A stretch of 64,000 bases of DNA from Octopus vulgaris (lineage: Eukaryota), in NCBI GenBank assembly GCA_951406725.2, contig OX597842.1, positions 20,212,001 through 20,276,000 on the forward strand, read 5' to 3'. The notes beneath the pieces were generated by a model, which saw only the letters and a program-made list of their open reading frames with translations, was not told the origin of the DNA and did no database searches. Positions 50,041 through 64,000 of the stretch are shown here, one piece after another; the stretch's first letter is position 1; each line of letters starts with the position of its first letter. A program made the translations under genes and the position numbers.

Positions 50041-53000
50041 TAGAAAACTTGAAGACTTGAATTAGACATAGAAGAATGAGAATCATTTCTTGACGAAGAA
50101 CCAAATGAAGAGGAATCTGAAGAGAATTGAACCTGGTACCTCCAAGATGTTATCATGAAGATTCCATAAAAAGATGCTTGTTGTGCCCCAGGTCAAAAGA
50201 TCGTAAGACAAGAAATTTCTTCCAAAAGAAGAGAGTAAAGCTGAGGAAGAAATAAGAGATGATGAGGAGGAACTGAAGCAGATGGCATGTTGCAGACTTC
50301 ACCAGATGATTCTTTAGAAGGAAGGGAAGAAGCTGATGATGAAAATGAACAGCAGACTTCCAGGAACAGAGAAAAACATTTTTGGAGCAAATCAAAATCA
50401 AAATTGCAATCGATCAACATCAATGGAAATTGTAGCTGTGATACCAGTGTCGGTGGCACGTAAGGGAACCATCCGAACGTGGCCGTAGCCAGTGCCGCCC
50501 TGACTGGCCTCCGTGGTGTTGGCACATGAAAAGCACCATTCAAACGTAGCCAATGCCAGCGCTGCCTTGACTGGCTTCTGTGCCGGTGACACATTAAAAG
50601 CACCTACTACACCCACGGAGTGGTTGGCATTAGGAAGGGAATCCAGCTATAGAAACACTGCCAGATCAAACTGGAGCCTGGTGCAGCCTCCTGGCTTCCC
50701 AGACCCCAGTTGAACCATCCAACCCATGCTAGCATGGAAAACAGACGTTAAACGATGATGATGATGATAATGGAACTTTCTGGAAAGGAATTCCCCCATG
50801 CCTTCCACGGCATACACGTGCACAGAACAATTACCAGGATTCCCCAGGACCAAAGAGGAGCAGCAAAACCTGTGTCTGCTGTAAAGGTCTTTGTTTCTCA
50901 GACAAGAACTTCTGAATAAATTCAGAAGCTTGCAGTAATATCTACATTGAAAATAAACAATGAAAATATGAAGATAGGTGAAAAGAGACACTTAGGTGCA
51001 GGAGTGGCTGTGTGGTAAGTAGCTTGCTTACCAACCACATGGTTCTGGGTTCAGTCCCACTGCCTGGCATCTTGGGTGAGTGTCTTCTACAATAGCCTGG
51101 GGCCAACCAAAGCCTTGTGAGTGGATTTGGTAGACGGAAACTGAAAGAAGCCCGTCGTATATATGTAGGCGCAGGAGTGGCTGTGTGGTAAGTAGCTTGC
51201 TTACCAACCACATGGTTCCGGGTTCAGTCCCACTGCCTGGCATCTTGGGCAAGTGTCTTCTACTATAGCCTCAGGCCAACCAAAGCCTTGTGAGTGGATT
51301 TGGTAGACGGAAACTGAAAGAAGCCCGTCGTATATATGTAGGCGTAGGGAGTGGCTGTGTGGTAAGTAGCTTGCTTACCAACCACATAGTTCTGGGTTCA
51401 GTCCCACTGCGTGGCATCTTGGGCGAGTTTCTTCTACTATAGCCTGGGGCCAACCAAAGCCTTGTGAGTGGATTTGATAGACGTAAACTGAAAGAAGCCC
51501 GTCGTATATATGTAGGCATAGGAGTGGCTGTGTAGTAAGTAGCTTGCTTACCAAACACATAGTTCCGGGTTCAGTCCCACTGCGTGGCATCTTGGGCGAG
51601 TTTCTTCTACTATAGCCTGGGGCCAACCAAAGCCTTGTGAGTGGATTTGATAGACGTAAACTGAAAGAAGCCCGTCGTATATATGTAGGCGTAGGAGTGG
51701 CTGTGTGGTAAGTAGCTTGCTTACCAACCACATAGTTCTGGGTTCAGTCCCCACTGCGTGGCATCTTGGGCGAGTGTCTTCTACTATAGCCTGGGGCCAA
51801 CCAAAGCCTTGTGAGTGGATTTGATAGACGTAAACTGAAAGAAGCCCGTCATATATATGTAGGCATAGGAGTGGCTGTGTAGTAAGTAGCTTGCTTACCA
51901 ACCACATAGTTCCGGGTTCAGTCCCACTGCGTGGCATCTTGGGCGAGTGTCTTCTACTATAGCCTGGGGCCAACCAAAACCTTGTGAGTGGATTTGATAG
52001 ACGTAAACTGAAAGAAGCCCGTCGTATATATGTAGGCGTAGGAGTGGCTGTGTGGTAAGTAGCTTGCTTACCAACCACATAGTTCTTGGTTCAGTCCCAC
52101 TGTGTGGCATCTTGGGCGAGTGTCTTCTACTATAGCCTAGGGGCCAACCAAAGCCTTGTGAGTGGATTTGATAGACGTAAACTGAAAGAAGCCCGTCGTA
52201 TATATGTAGGCATAGGAGTGGCTGTGTGGTAAGTAGCTTGCTTACCAACCACATAGTTCTGGGTTCAGTCCCACTGCGTGGCATCTTGGGCAAGTGTCTT
52301 CTACTATAGCCTCAGGCCAACGAAAGCCTTGTGAGTGGATTTGATAGACGGAAACTGAAAGAAGCCCGTCGTATATATGTAGGTGTAGGAGTGGCTGTGT
52401 GGTAAGTAGCTTGCTTACCAACCACATGGTTCTGGGTTCAGTCCCACTGCGTGGCATCTTGGGCAAGTGTCTTCTATACTATAGCCTCAGGCAAACCAAA
52501 GTCTTGTGAGTGGATTTGATAGACGGAAACTGAAAGAAGCCCGTCGTATATATGTATATAAACGTGTGTGTTTGTGTGTCTATGTTTGTGCCCCCAACAT
52601 CACTTGACAACCGATGCTGGTGTGATTACATCCCCGTAACTTAGCAGTTCGGCAAAAGAGACCGATAGAATAAGTACGAGGCTTACAAAGAATAAGTCTT
52701 GGGGTCGATTTGCTCGACTAAAAGGCGGTGCTCCAGCATGGCCGCAGTCAAATGACTGAAACAAGTAAAAGATTAATGAAAGGGAGATGAAAGCTACAAT
52801 AGGACTTCTTTATCTGTTGGGAGTTTTACAGGCAACCGAACGAATATGGAAGATGTTTGGGCAACGGACGGTACAGGAATTAAAATTTTTCCAGCAACTA
52901 TATATTTGCAGAAGTTTCATTTCTCGCTGGGGTCTCTGAGGTTTGATGACATCCACACCTGAGCTGAAAGGAGGCGAGAGGATAAGATTGCACCTTTTAG

Positions 53001-54944
53001 AAAGTCCTTTGAGAAATTTATGGCTAAGTGTATCTTGAATTATAATGTCTCAGTGTATGCGACAGTAGATGAAATGTTGGCTGCCTTTACAGAGAACTAT
53101 CCATTTTAAACCAGCAAAATATGGCATAAAAATTTTTAATTTTGGCCGATGCTAAAACTTTCTATGCATCATATATGGAGGTCTACTTGGGGAAACAAGC
53201 AGAAGGCCCTTCTATAGGTAATTCAGGAGCACCAGTGCTAGTGGAGGCGCAATGGTCCAATGGTTAGGGCAGCGGACTCGTGGTCAGAGGATCGCGGTTT
53301 TGATTTCCAGACCAGGCGTTGTATGTGTTTATTGAGCGAAAAACACCTAAAGCTACACAAGGTTCCGGCAGGGGATGGTGGGGACCCCTGTTGTACTCTT
53401 TCGCCCCAACTTTCTCTCACCTTTTCTTCCTGTTTCTTGTCCCCGACTTCCTACGCAACCACTGAGCCTGGATGCGCATTCATCCATCCGTCGATGCTCT
53501 CGGTGTCGGGGGTTGACCTGCTTTCTCTCCTGCGGGTCTTACAAATAGCAAAAGAACCCCTTTCGGACTTCTCCCACAAGGACGGAGATCACTACACTCA
53601 ACAGCAACAGCAGCAGTGGTAAAATGGTTGGGGTCTCATATAAAAGGGTCTGGAAGAAATATTACCATGGATAATTGGTTTACAAGTTATGGATTTAGAG
53701 TTAATCTCTTGGAGAATTATAGATTAACATTTGTTGACCCTTTCAGAAAGAACAAGATAGAACTTCCCCCTCAGTTTGTTGCCACAAGAGGCAGAACTGA
53801 ATATACAAGCTTGTTTGGTTTCCAGAAGGATGTTACACTGACCCCATATGTTCCCACGAAAGGTAAAAATGTCGTCCTATGGAGTACAATGCATCATGAT
53901 GCTGCAATTGATGTAAGTACAAAAGAAAAAGAAAACCAGAGATTAGAACCTTCTACAACATTACTAAAGGAGGGGTTGGACCCGTGGTGGATCAATTGTG
54001 TTCCATGTACGATGTTTCCAGAAATACTCGATGCTGGCCAGTTACAGTTTTCTTCACCATACTCAATGTTGCAGGAATAAATGCATACAATATGTTCATG
54101 GCAAACCCTCAAACAGCTATCAGGGTCTGAAAGTTTCTGAGGGAATCGGGACTGAAGTTGGTGGAGGACCAAATTCATCATTGCAAGACAAAACCCATCC
54201 ATATTTGAGGAAAGACATGGAAAATAAGATTCGACATTTCTCAGCATCTAAAGTATTACCTCCAAGATGGCATGTAAAAAGCACCATCCGATTGTGGCCG
54301 TTACCAGCCTCCCCTGGCACCTGTGCCGGTGGCACGTAAAAAGCACCCACTACACTCATGGAGTGGTTGTCGTTAGGAAGGGCATCCAGCCATAGAAACA
54401 CTGCCAGATAAGACTGGGCCTGGCACAGCCTTCTGGCTTCCCAGACCCCAGTTGAACCGTCCAACCCATGCTAGCATGGAAAGCGGACGTTAAACGATGA
54501 TGATGATGATGTTATCATGAAGATTTCATACAAAGATGGTCATTATGCTCCAGGTCAAAAGATCACAAAACAAGAAATTTCTTCCAAAAGTTCTCCAAGC
54601 CAATCTGCTTGCAACATGCGATGCACATCTGCATCGACTTCTTTGCTCAGAGTGATGAGGATGAGAGTGCAAACAATGAGTAAACAGTGAATATGAAAGG
54701 ACCACTCTCCCCTCCATAAGATACTTTTATCTAGTTTCACTTTCATTTTCAAAGAGTACTCGCTCGTTTTTGTTTACATGTTAAACACATTATATCAGAA
54801 TATGGTTTTTGGTAATATTATTGCTTAGGAACACATCAAAATCATAGAAAATATTAAAAAATAAGCTAAAACTATTAATGGGGTTCTCCATACCCCAACC
54901 ACACCAATGATGAAAAATACAGAACTACCCCACCAGTGGGTTAA
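50040..54944 (+). mobile_element. Degenerate piggyBac transposon interrupted by four SINE insertions
   Basis: Pieces LRFDD, DKIAPFR, TVDEML, GSGRNITMDNWFTS, RKNK, LWSTMH; right end ...ccaccagtGGG|TTAA at 54938-54944. A second right end is at 55785-55791; the left TIR was not found. Confidence 0.88.
50994..52775 (+). repeat. Head-to-tail array of 9 SINE-A 5' halves (~173 bp) ending in one full tail
   Basis: Units start near 50994, 51167, 51340, 51514, 51687, 51861, 52034, 52208 and 52381. Confidence 0.92.
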
Positions 54945-56739
54945 GATGGTTCATCATAAAGCCATTGGAAGACATTTTAAAATAGTTTTGCAGAGAACTT
55001 TGCAAGTTTCTTTGCTTGTGAATCAGTTGTCACGTCTACAAATGATGGTGTCCCTGAGTCTTTTCAGAGTGATTCAGAAAACAATTATATATTTTTTGTC
55101 TATTCTAAATGATCTTGACATTGTTTTTGACTTTACATAAAATATTCTTTACATTCTACTGTTGTTTTATTGTCATTTATTTACAAGTATTATAAATTTT
55201 ATTGGTAAAATATTTTTCTGGGAATGAATTACAATTTATAACATTGCTTCTATGGGAAATTATTGCTTTGCTTTATGAGTTTTCACTTTAGGAGCAATCT
55301 CCAGTAAGAAATTAACTCATATATCAAGGCATTATTGTATCTGACTGTATTTTGGCACAAGGCCAGCAATTTCAGGGGAAGGAGTAAGTTGAATAACCAC
55401 ATGGATCAGCATGTGTGCTTTTTACATGAACTGGCACAAATGCTTCTTACAGGGAGTGGCATTGCATGATATATCTATATATATAAAGCTGAAGTTGTCT
55501 GTGTGTGTGTGTGGCAGGTTTTGCAGCCTTCAACTAACACTATCTCTACCGAGACACTGTGATGTCATTTATTTACAAGTTTTATAAATTTTAGAGGTAA
55601 AATATTTTTCTGGGAATGAATTAGGATTTATATCATTGCTTCTAGAATACAGTTTTTGGTAATATTATTGCTTAGGAACACATCTAAAGTCATAAAAAGT
55701 ACTAAAAAATGGCTAAAACTATTAATGGGGTTCTCCATACCCCACTGCATTAATCATGAAAAAATACAGAACTACACCACCAGTGGGTTAATATTTTATC
55801 ATAAAGCCATTGGAAGACATTTTTAAGTAGTTTTGCAGAGAAAATATGGCAAAAGTTTGCTTTAAGCTCAGCATATAACTTCTCGTAACTTCTATATTTT
55901 TAGGAATATTTTTTTTGCATAATCGTACGATTGTGATTATACAAGTAAAGAAACAAAATTGGTGCATGTTTTAAGGGCCATTTAGCTTACAGTAGTGTCC
56001 CCTTTTCCCTGTTTAGAAATTGAACCCACAGCAGTTTACAGCATTGACTTCACAGATCTTGCAAACTTTGATCCCCCATTTGCTATTTTGCCAAGCATGT
56101 ACTGTGGGAAACATACTCTGCCTTTGTACCTCACCCTACCCTCATAGATGGATAGGCATTTATGAGGGAATATCAGAATATGGTTTTTGGTAATAGTATT
56201 GCTTAAGAACACATAAAAAGTATAGAAAATAATGGCTTAAACTATTATATTAACATATAAACAAAAACAAATGAGTACTCTTTGAAAATGAAAGTGAAAC
56301 TAGATAAAAGTATCTTTTGGTTAGAGACTCATTTATAAGCATTATGATGAAGGTCTTATTTTAAATAAGGGACCAGTTTGGTTCTCCACCTACTGGCCCA
56401 CTACTAGTGTCTTCAGTGTAGGTATTGTGACAGTTTTAAAAATCCTGTCTCTATCTTGATACTGGAAACATGCAGGTCTCCAAAAGCTTCTTTGCTGCTC
56501 CAATCGTTTGCTATTCTGGGTAACTTGCTTATTCTCATTATTATATTTATAGCAGAAAATGCTCAGATTTCATCTAAGCATGTGGGAGGTCAGAAATGGC
56601 CCTTTCTACCACATTGCTTATATTCTGTGTAGCAATGGTTCTGCACAGTAATCGCTTCCAACAAACTAGGAGGGAAAAAATAAAAAGAAGGTCAAATGGT
56701 TTTGTCTCCTGGAAATCACTGTGACTAGGTCCAATCTCT

Positions 56740-58580
56740 TTTCTCTTTTTACTTGTTTCAGTCATTTGACTGTGGCCATGCTGGAGCACTGCCTTTAATT
56801 GAGCAACTCGACCCCGGAACTTATTCTTTGTAAGCCCAGTACTTATTCTATCGGTCTATTTTGCCGAACCGCTAAGTAACGGGGACATAAACACACCAGC
56901 ATCGGTTGTCAAGCAATGCTAGGGGGACAAACACACACGCACATATATATATATATATATATACATATATACAACAGGCTTCTTTCAGTTTCCGTCTACC
57001 AAATGCACACACATGGCTTTGGTCGGCCCGAGGCTATAGTAGAAGACACTTGCCCAAGGTGCCATGCAGTGGGACTGAACCCGGAACCATGTGGTTGGCA
57101 ACCAAGCTACTTACCACACAGCTGCTCCTACACATATATATATATATACATTCGATGGGCTTCTTTCAGTTTCCGTCTACCAAATCCACTCACAAGGCTT
57201 TGGTCGTCCCGAGGCTATAGTAGAAGACACTTGCCCAAGGTGCCATGCAGTGGGACTGAACCCGGAACCATGTGGTTGGTAACCAAGCTACTTACCACAC
57301 AGCCGCTCCTACACCTATATATATATATACATACGATGGGCTTCTTTCAGTTTCCGTCTACCAAATCCACTCACAAGGCTTTGGTCGTCCCGAGGCTATA
57401 GTAGAAGACACTTGCCCAAGGTGCCATGCAGTGGGACTGAACCTGGAACCATGTGGTTGGTAAACAAGCTACTTACCACACAGCCACTCCTACACCTATA
57501 TATATATATACATACGATGGGCTTCTTTCAGTTTCCGTCTACCAAATCCACTCACAAGGCTTTGGTCGTCCCGAGGCTATAGTAGAAGACACTTGCCCAA
57601 GGTGCCATGCAGTGGGACTGAACCCGGAACCATGTGGTTGGTAAACAAGCTACTTACCACACAGCCACTCCTACACCTATATATATATATATACATACGA
57701 TGGGCTTCTTTCAGTTTCCGTCTACCAAATCCACTCACAAGGCTTTGATCGTCCCGAGGCTATAGTAGAAGACACTTGCCCAAGGTGCCATGCAGTGGGA
57801 CTGAACCCGGAACCATGTGGTTGGTAACCAAGCTACTTACCACACAGCCGCTCCTACACCTATATATATATATACATACGATGGGCTTCTTTCAGTTTCC
57901 GTCTACCAAATCCACTCACAAGGCTTTGGTCGTCCCGAGGCTATAGTAGAAGACACTTGCCCAAGGTGCCATGCAGTGGGACTGAACCCGGAACCATGTG
58001 GTTGGTAACCAAGCTACTTACCACACAGCCGCTCCTACACCTATATATATATATACATACGATGGGCTTCTTTCAGTTTCCGTCTACCAACTCCACTCAC
58101 AAGGTTTTGGTCGTCCCGAGGCTATAGTAGAAGACACTTGCCCAAGGTGCCATGCAGTGGGACTGAACCCGGAACCATGTGGTTGGTAAACAAGCTACTT
58201 ACCACACAGCCACTTCTACACCTATATATATATATACATACGATGGGCTTCTTTCAGTTTCCATCTACCAAATTCACTCACAAGGCTTTGGTCGTCCCGA
58301 GGCTATAGTAGAAGACACTTGCCCAAGGTGCCATGCAGTGGGACTGAACCCGGAACCATGTGGTTGGTAAACAAGCTACTTACCACACAGCCACTCCTAC
58401 ACCTATATATATATATATACATACGATGGGCTTCTTTCAGTTTCCGTCTACCAAATCCACTCACAAGGCTTTGGTCGTCCCGAGGCTATAGTAGAAGACA
58501 CTTGCCCAAGGTGCCATGCAGTGGGACTGAACCCGGAACCATGTGGTTGGTAAACAAACTACTTACCACACAGCCGCTCC
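56740..58580 (-). repeat. Head-to-tail array of 9 SINE-A 5' halves (~181 bp), opposite orientation
   Basis: gggcttctttcagtttcc...ccacacagcc..cctac repeats with ~181-bp period from 56975 to 58580; one tail at 56740-56975. Confidence 0.92.
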
Positions 58581-59353
58581 TAAACAGTATTCAAACATTT
58601 GTTACAGTCAGATACAAGTTCGTTTTCTTTGTCACTGAGTTATTGTCTGAATTACTTTCACTTTCATAAACAGAAATATCTCATTCGTTTTCACACAACA
58701 GGATTTTGTTTTTGCTGAATATTTTGTTCGATTTTATTTCTATGTCTTCAGACAACAAATTCTGATTTACTCGACAACATAAAACAGTTATTGGTCTCTA
58801 ATCAGTATTAAAAAAGTCTCAAAACCACAATGTAGAAAATATGTGTTTGCGTGCGTTTGTGTGGAGGGTGGGGGGGGATCTTAAGAAATTCACAGAGGTC
58901 GGATATCTCATCAAATATCAGAATTTCATCTGTCTTTACATTCTGGGTTCATATCCTGCCAAGGTCGACTTTGCCTTCCATCTTTCGGGGATCAATGAAA
59001 TAAATACTAATTGAACAATGGTGTCTGATGTAATTGACCTATCTGCTCCTGGGTAAAAGTAAAAAACCTGAACACCTCTGCCAGGCCATGTTGGAACAGT
59101 GTGGTTCAGATATACATTTATTACATATATATATATATATATATATATCATCATCATCATCATCATCATTTAGCGTCCGCTTTCCATGCTAGCATGGGTT
59201 GGATGGTGCAACTGGGGTCTGGGAAGCCAGAAGGCTGCACCAGGCCCAGTCTGAATTGGCAATGTTTCTATGGCTGGATGCCCTTCCTAATGCCAACCAC
59301 TCCATGAGTGTAGTGGGTGCTTTTTACGTGCCACACGACGCTGGCAAACGGCC

Positions 59354-59384
<31 letters not shown>

Positions 59385-59413
59385 GTATATATATACATGT
59401 ATACATATATATG

Positions 59414-59469
<56 letters not shown>

Positions 59470-59829
59470 CATGTATACATATGTATGTATACATATGTAT
59501 GTATATATATATATATGTATGTATATGTATATATATATATATATATGTATATGTATACATATATATGTATGTATATATATATGTATGTATATGTATATAT
59601 ATATATATATATGTATATGTATACATATATATGTATGTATATATATATATGTATATATATATGTATACATATATATGTAAGTATATGTATATGTATATAT
59701 ATATATGTATACATATATGTACGTATATATATATGTATGCATATATGTATACATATATAAGTATATGTATATATATATATGTATACATATATGTACGTAT
59801 ATATATATATATATATGTATGCATATATG

Positions 59830-59860
<31 letters not shown>

Positions 59861-60085
59861 GTGTATATGTAAATATATATATATATATATGTGTGTATAT
59901 ATATATATGTATATATATATATGTATATATATATACATGTATATATATATGTGTGTGTGTATGTATATATATGTGTGTGTGTATATATATATATATATGT
60001 GAGTATATATATGTGTATATATATATGTGTGTATATATATATATATATGTGTGTGTGTATATGTACATGTATATATATATATGTA
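59354..60085. repeat. Compound (TA)n/(TG)n/(TATG) microsatellite
   Basis: Direct inspection. Confidence 0.97.
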
Positions 60086-61491
60086 TACTAAGCAATTATC
60101 CCAGTATATATGTATATATACATATGTCCCTCGTTTAAGAAACAGATTGGGTTTATTTACATTTCTGAAGAAAAAAAAGATACCCTTCCCCCACCCCTAA
60201 CCCTAACCCTAACAAAAAAGTGAAATGCAATAGATCGATACTAGGCTCATAATTGTGGGTGACAATTTCATATGACACCGCTAGGAAAAAACTGCCGTTC
60301 AAACCGAAAAGATCCGAACCTCTATATTTAGCCCCTTGTGGGCAATACCCCAAAAAAAGTCCCAGGACTACCACGTGTAACTGATATTTTAACTGAACTC
60401 GAAATAACCCCAGGTGTGAATTAAAGAATTCTCTAAATGCAGAGTTACTTCCCCATTGTACGTTTTCCCGCAATATTTTTCATTCCCTGCCGTTGATGGA
60501 CCCTCGCCTACATTATTACTTGTCTCGTTCGTTTAACAGATAATTAGCCAACATTTAATTTAATAGACGTGATTGCAAATTAACAATATCAATAATTTAT
60601 CTCCTGCATTCTTTACTACGTTGATCTTTAAAATATAAATCAGCATTCATGGTAAAACCTAGAATTTCTTACGAAGCCATCATTCGCTTCCTTGGCTAAA
60701 GTTCTGACTGCCTCAACGTTCTGCGACTTCGTTGCCGGATCCTATATACCTATTTCTTTGCTACCCACCAGGGGCTAAACACAGAGGGGACAAACAAGGA
60801 CAGACAGACAGATTAAGTCGATTATATCGACACCAGTACGTAACTGGTACTTATTTAATCGACCCCGAAAGGACGAAATGCAAAGTCGACCTCGGTTTAA
60901 TTTCTGACTTGCTTGAACGTACTGCGACTTGTTCCTTGCTGGATCTCTATGTTACCTGCTTACTGTCATTGTCCACCTTGGATTTATTGTGATATCTTCC
61001 TCCTCTACACTGGGTCTATTATATAATACGTAAGTGTTATATTTATTCTGTCATTGTCTACCTTGGCTGGGCATCTCTCTTTAGATTTATCATTAATGTG
61101 TCAGTATTGCGCAGGAGTGGCCGTGTGGTAAGTAGCTTGCTTACCAACCACATGGTTCCGGGTTCAGTCCCACTGCGTGGCACCTTGGGCAAGTGTCTTC
61201 TACTATAGCCTCGAGCCAACCAAATCCTTGTGAGTGGATTTGGTAGACGGAAACTCAAAGAAGCCTGTCGTATAGATGTATATATATATGTGTGTGTGAC
61301 TGTGTTTGTCCCTCTAGCATTGCTTGACAACCGATGCTGGTGTATATATATGTGTTTGTGTGTCTGTTTGTCCCCACCAAAACCACATGGTTTCGGGTTC
61401 AGTCCCACTGCGTGGCACCTTGAGCAAGTGTCTTCTACTATAGCCTTGTCAGTGGATTTGGTAGACAGAAACTGAAAAGAAGCCCGTCGTA

Positions 61492-61523
<32 letters not shown>

Positions 61524-62553
61524 CGTGTGTGTTTGTCCCCCTAACATTGCTTGAGAATTGCTGGTGTGTTTATGTCCCCGTTACTTAGCGGTTCGGCATA
61601 AGTGACCGATAGAATAAGTACTGGGCTTACAAAAACAATAAGTCCCGGGGTCGAGTTGCTCGATTAAAGGCTGTGCTCCAGCGTGGCCGCAGTCAAATGA
61701 CTGAAACAAGTAAAAGGGTAAAGAGAGAGTATTATTCACTTGAACTTTTTGTGTGTGTGTGTTCAGTGAGTTATCGGAAAGAAACTGAAGGAGGAAAATA
61801 ATTGTTTTAATCCATACACGGAAGGGTCTCGCACAATGTAAATGCGAATTTAAAAATTGGAATAACTAAGATGTTGGTACTATTTAAGAAGAGTGGTCCC
61901 GGTGCGCGCACTCACACAAGCTAGTCGTGACTAGTCGATCCTAAAACGACTACCTATCCTATAACAAATGTTCATAAAAATTCGGTTGAAAGTTTTTAGA
62001 AGAACGTAAAACGATGTTTTAAGAGTATGATGAAGGGGGGGGGGGGGGGGGGTTACCAAAAACAGGTACTGTGTGTTGTTTTTATCTAATCTGTTGGATC
62101 TTTTCGGTTTGAACGGCAGTTTTTTCTAGTGGTGTAATATGAAATTGTCACCCATAATTATGACCCTAGTATCGATCTATTGCATTTCCATCTAATTTAG
62201 GGTTAGGGTTTGGGGGGAAGGGTATCTTATTTTCTTCAGAAATGTAAATAAACCCAATCTGTTTCTTAAACGAGGGACATATTCATACGGCACAGAATGG
62301 TTTCACCTCAATAGACGTCATTGATTGGTTGAAATTGAAGAAAAAAAACAACAAATATCTTACAAACTTTAGAATTTTCTCAATAAAACCAAGAGACTGA
62401 ACCCGGAACCATGTTGTTGGTAAACAAGCTACTTACCACACAGCCACAGACGTTTTCAATTTAATTTGGATTCTTTGCCATCAAATTTGAATTCTTCAAT
62501 TGGTGCTCAAGCCTTCAAAAAAAAGAGAGTTAAACTACATCAGCCGTATGTCT

Positions 62554-64000
62554 GGATCTTTTCCGTTTGACCGGCAGTTTTTTAAAATAATTCCCACGTA
62601 ACTAAACACTTTTAAACTTCGTATACTGGTAGAATGTGTTTATAAAACATCTTTTTTTTCTTGGCTTTCTTGAGAAAATTCTATAGTTTGTAAGATATTT
62701 GGGATCTTTTCGGTTTGAACGGCAGTTTTTTTAAATAATTTCCACGTAACTAAACACTTTTAAACTTCGTATACTGGTAGAATGTGTTTATAAAACATCT
62801 TTTTTTTTCTTGGCTTTATTGAGAAAATTCTATAGTTTGTAAGATATTTGGGATCTTTTCGGTTTGAACGGCAGTTTTTTTAAATAATTCCCACGTAACT
62901 AAACACTTTTAAACTTCGTATACTGGTAGAATGTGTTTATAAAACATCTTTTTTTTCTTGGCTTTCTTGAGAAAATTCTATAGTTTGTAAGATATTTGGG
63001 ATCTTTTCGGTTTGAACGGCAGTTTTTTTAAATAATTTCCACGTAACTAAACACTTTTAAACTTCGTATACTGGTAGAATGTGTTTATAAAACATCTTTT
63101 TTTTCTTGGCTTTATTGAGAAAATTCTATAGTTTGTAAGATATTTGGGATCTTTTCGGTTTGAACGGCAGTTTTTTTAAATAATTCCCACGTAACTAAAC
63201 ACTTTTAAACTTCGTATACTGGTAGAATGTGTTTATAAAACATCTTTTTTTTCTTGGCTTTCTTGAGAAAATTCTATAGTTTGTAAGATATTTGGGATCT
63301 TTTCGGTTTGAACGGCAGTTTTTTTAAATAATTTCCACGTAACTAAACACTTTTAAACTTCGTATACTGGTAGAATGTGTTTATAAAACATCTTTTTTTT
63401 CTTGGCTTTCTTGAGAAAATTCTATAGTTTGTAAGATATTTGGGATCTTTTCGGTTTGAACGGCAGTTTTTTTAAATAATTTCCACGTAACTAAACACTT
63501 TTAAACTTCGTATACTGGTAGAATGTGTTTATAAAACATCTTTTTTTTCTTGGCTTTATTGAGAAAATTCTATAGTTTGTAAGATATTTGGGATCTTTTC
63601 GGTTTAAACGGCAGTTTTTTTAAATAATTTCCACGTAACTAAACACTTTTAAACTTCGTATACTGGTAGAATGTGTTTATAAAACATCTTTTTTTTCTTG
63701 GCTTTCTTGAGAAAATTCTATAGTTTGTAAGATATTTGGGATCTTTTCGGTTTGAACGGCTGTTTTTTTAAATAATTTCCACGTAACTAAACACTTTTAA
63801 ACTTCGTATACTGGTAGAATGTGTTTATAAAACATCTTTTTTTTTCTTGGCTTTATTGAGAAAATTCTATAGTTTGTAAGATATTTGGGATCTTTTCGGT
63901 TTGAACGGCAGTTTTTTTAAATAATTTCCACGTAACTAAACACTTTTAAACTTCGTATACTGGTAGAATGTGTTTATAAAACATCTTTTTTTTCTTGGCT
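62554..64000. repeat. ~148-bp satellite derived from the MITE terminus (about 10 copies, runs off the window)
   Basis: Each unit starts ggatcttttc(g/c)gtttga; reverse complement of the units at 13465-14198. Confidence 0.95.

Noticed and set aside
50942-58669. Repeated short ORFs (HSQGFGRPEAIVEDTCPRCH...) and CRISPR-like periodicity
   Set aside because: These are tandem SINE units with no unique spacers or cas genes, in eukaryotic DNA.
59199-60138. Tyr/Ile-rich ORFs
   Set aside because: Translation of a (TA)n/(TG)n microsatellite.
62035-62052. Poly-G run
   Set aside because: Isolated homopolymer, possibly a sequencing artefact.

Overview
AT-rich, microsatellite- and SINE-dense eukaryotic DNA, inferred from its repeat landscape and a GEKPCHCDICG zinc-finger remnant to come from a coleoid cephalopod (Octopus-like). 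Most listed ORFs are repeat artefacts. Hidden among the repeats are two + strand paralogues of a multi-exon gene that the ORF track does not assemble. Gene B is complete (39756-47787, six coding exons, all introns GT-AG phase 1, 250 aa): signal peptide, then two units of a 39-nt microexon plus a 249-nt atypical Ig-like exon, then a transmembrane exon with a very short tail. Gene A (<1840-10760) is cut by the window edge and has an in-frame TAA just before an otherwise intact TM segment, so it is secreted or a recent pseudogene. The four Ig-like exons differ mostly by amino-acid-changing substitutions and form a mosaic, which suggests a rapidly diversifying cell-surface recognition family. Other content: RTE, CR1 and Tx1/L1 LINE fragments; four SINE-like families, including two 9-copy tandem arrays; fragmented pogo and piggyBac transposons; non-autonomous Helitrons; a GGATC-ended MITE with 8-bp TSDs that seeds a ~148-bp satellite; Penelope-type palindromes with minimal hammerhead ribozyme motifs; and a 2.4-kb minisatellite. 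All calls come from reading the sequence; no database search was run.
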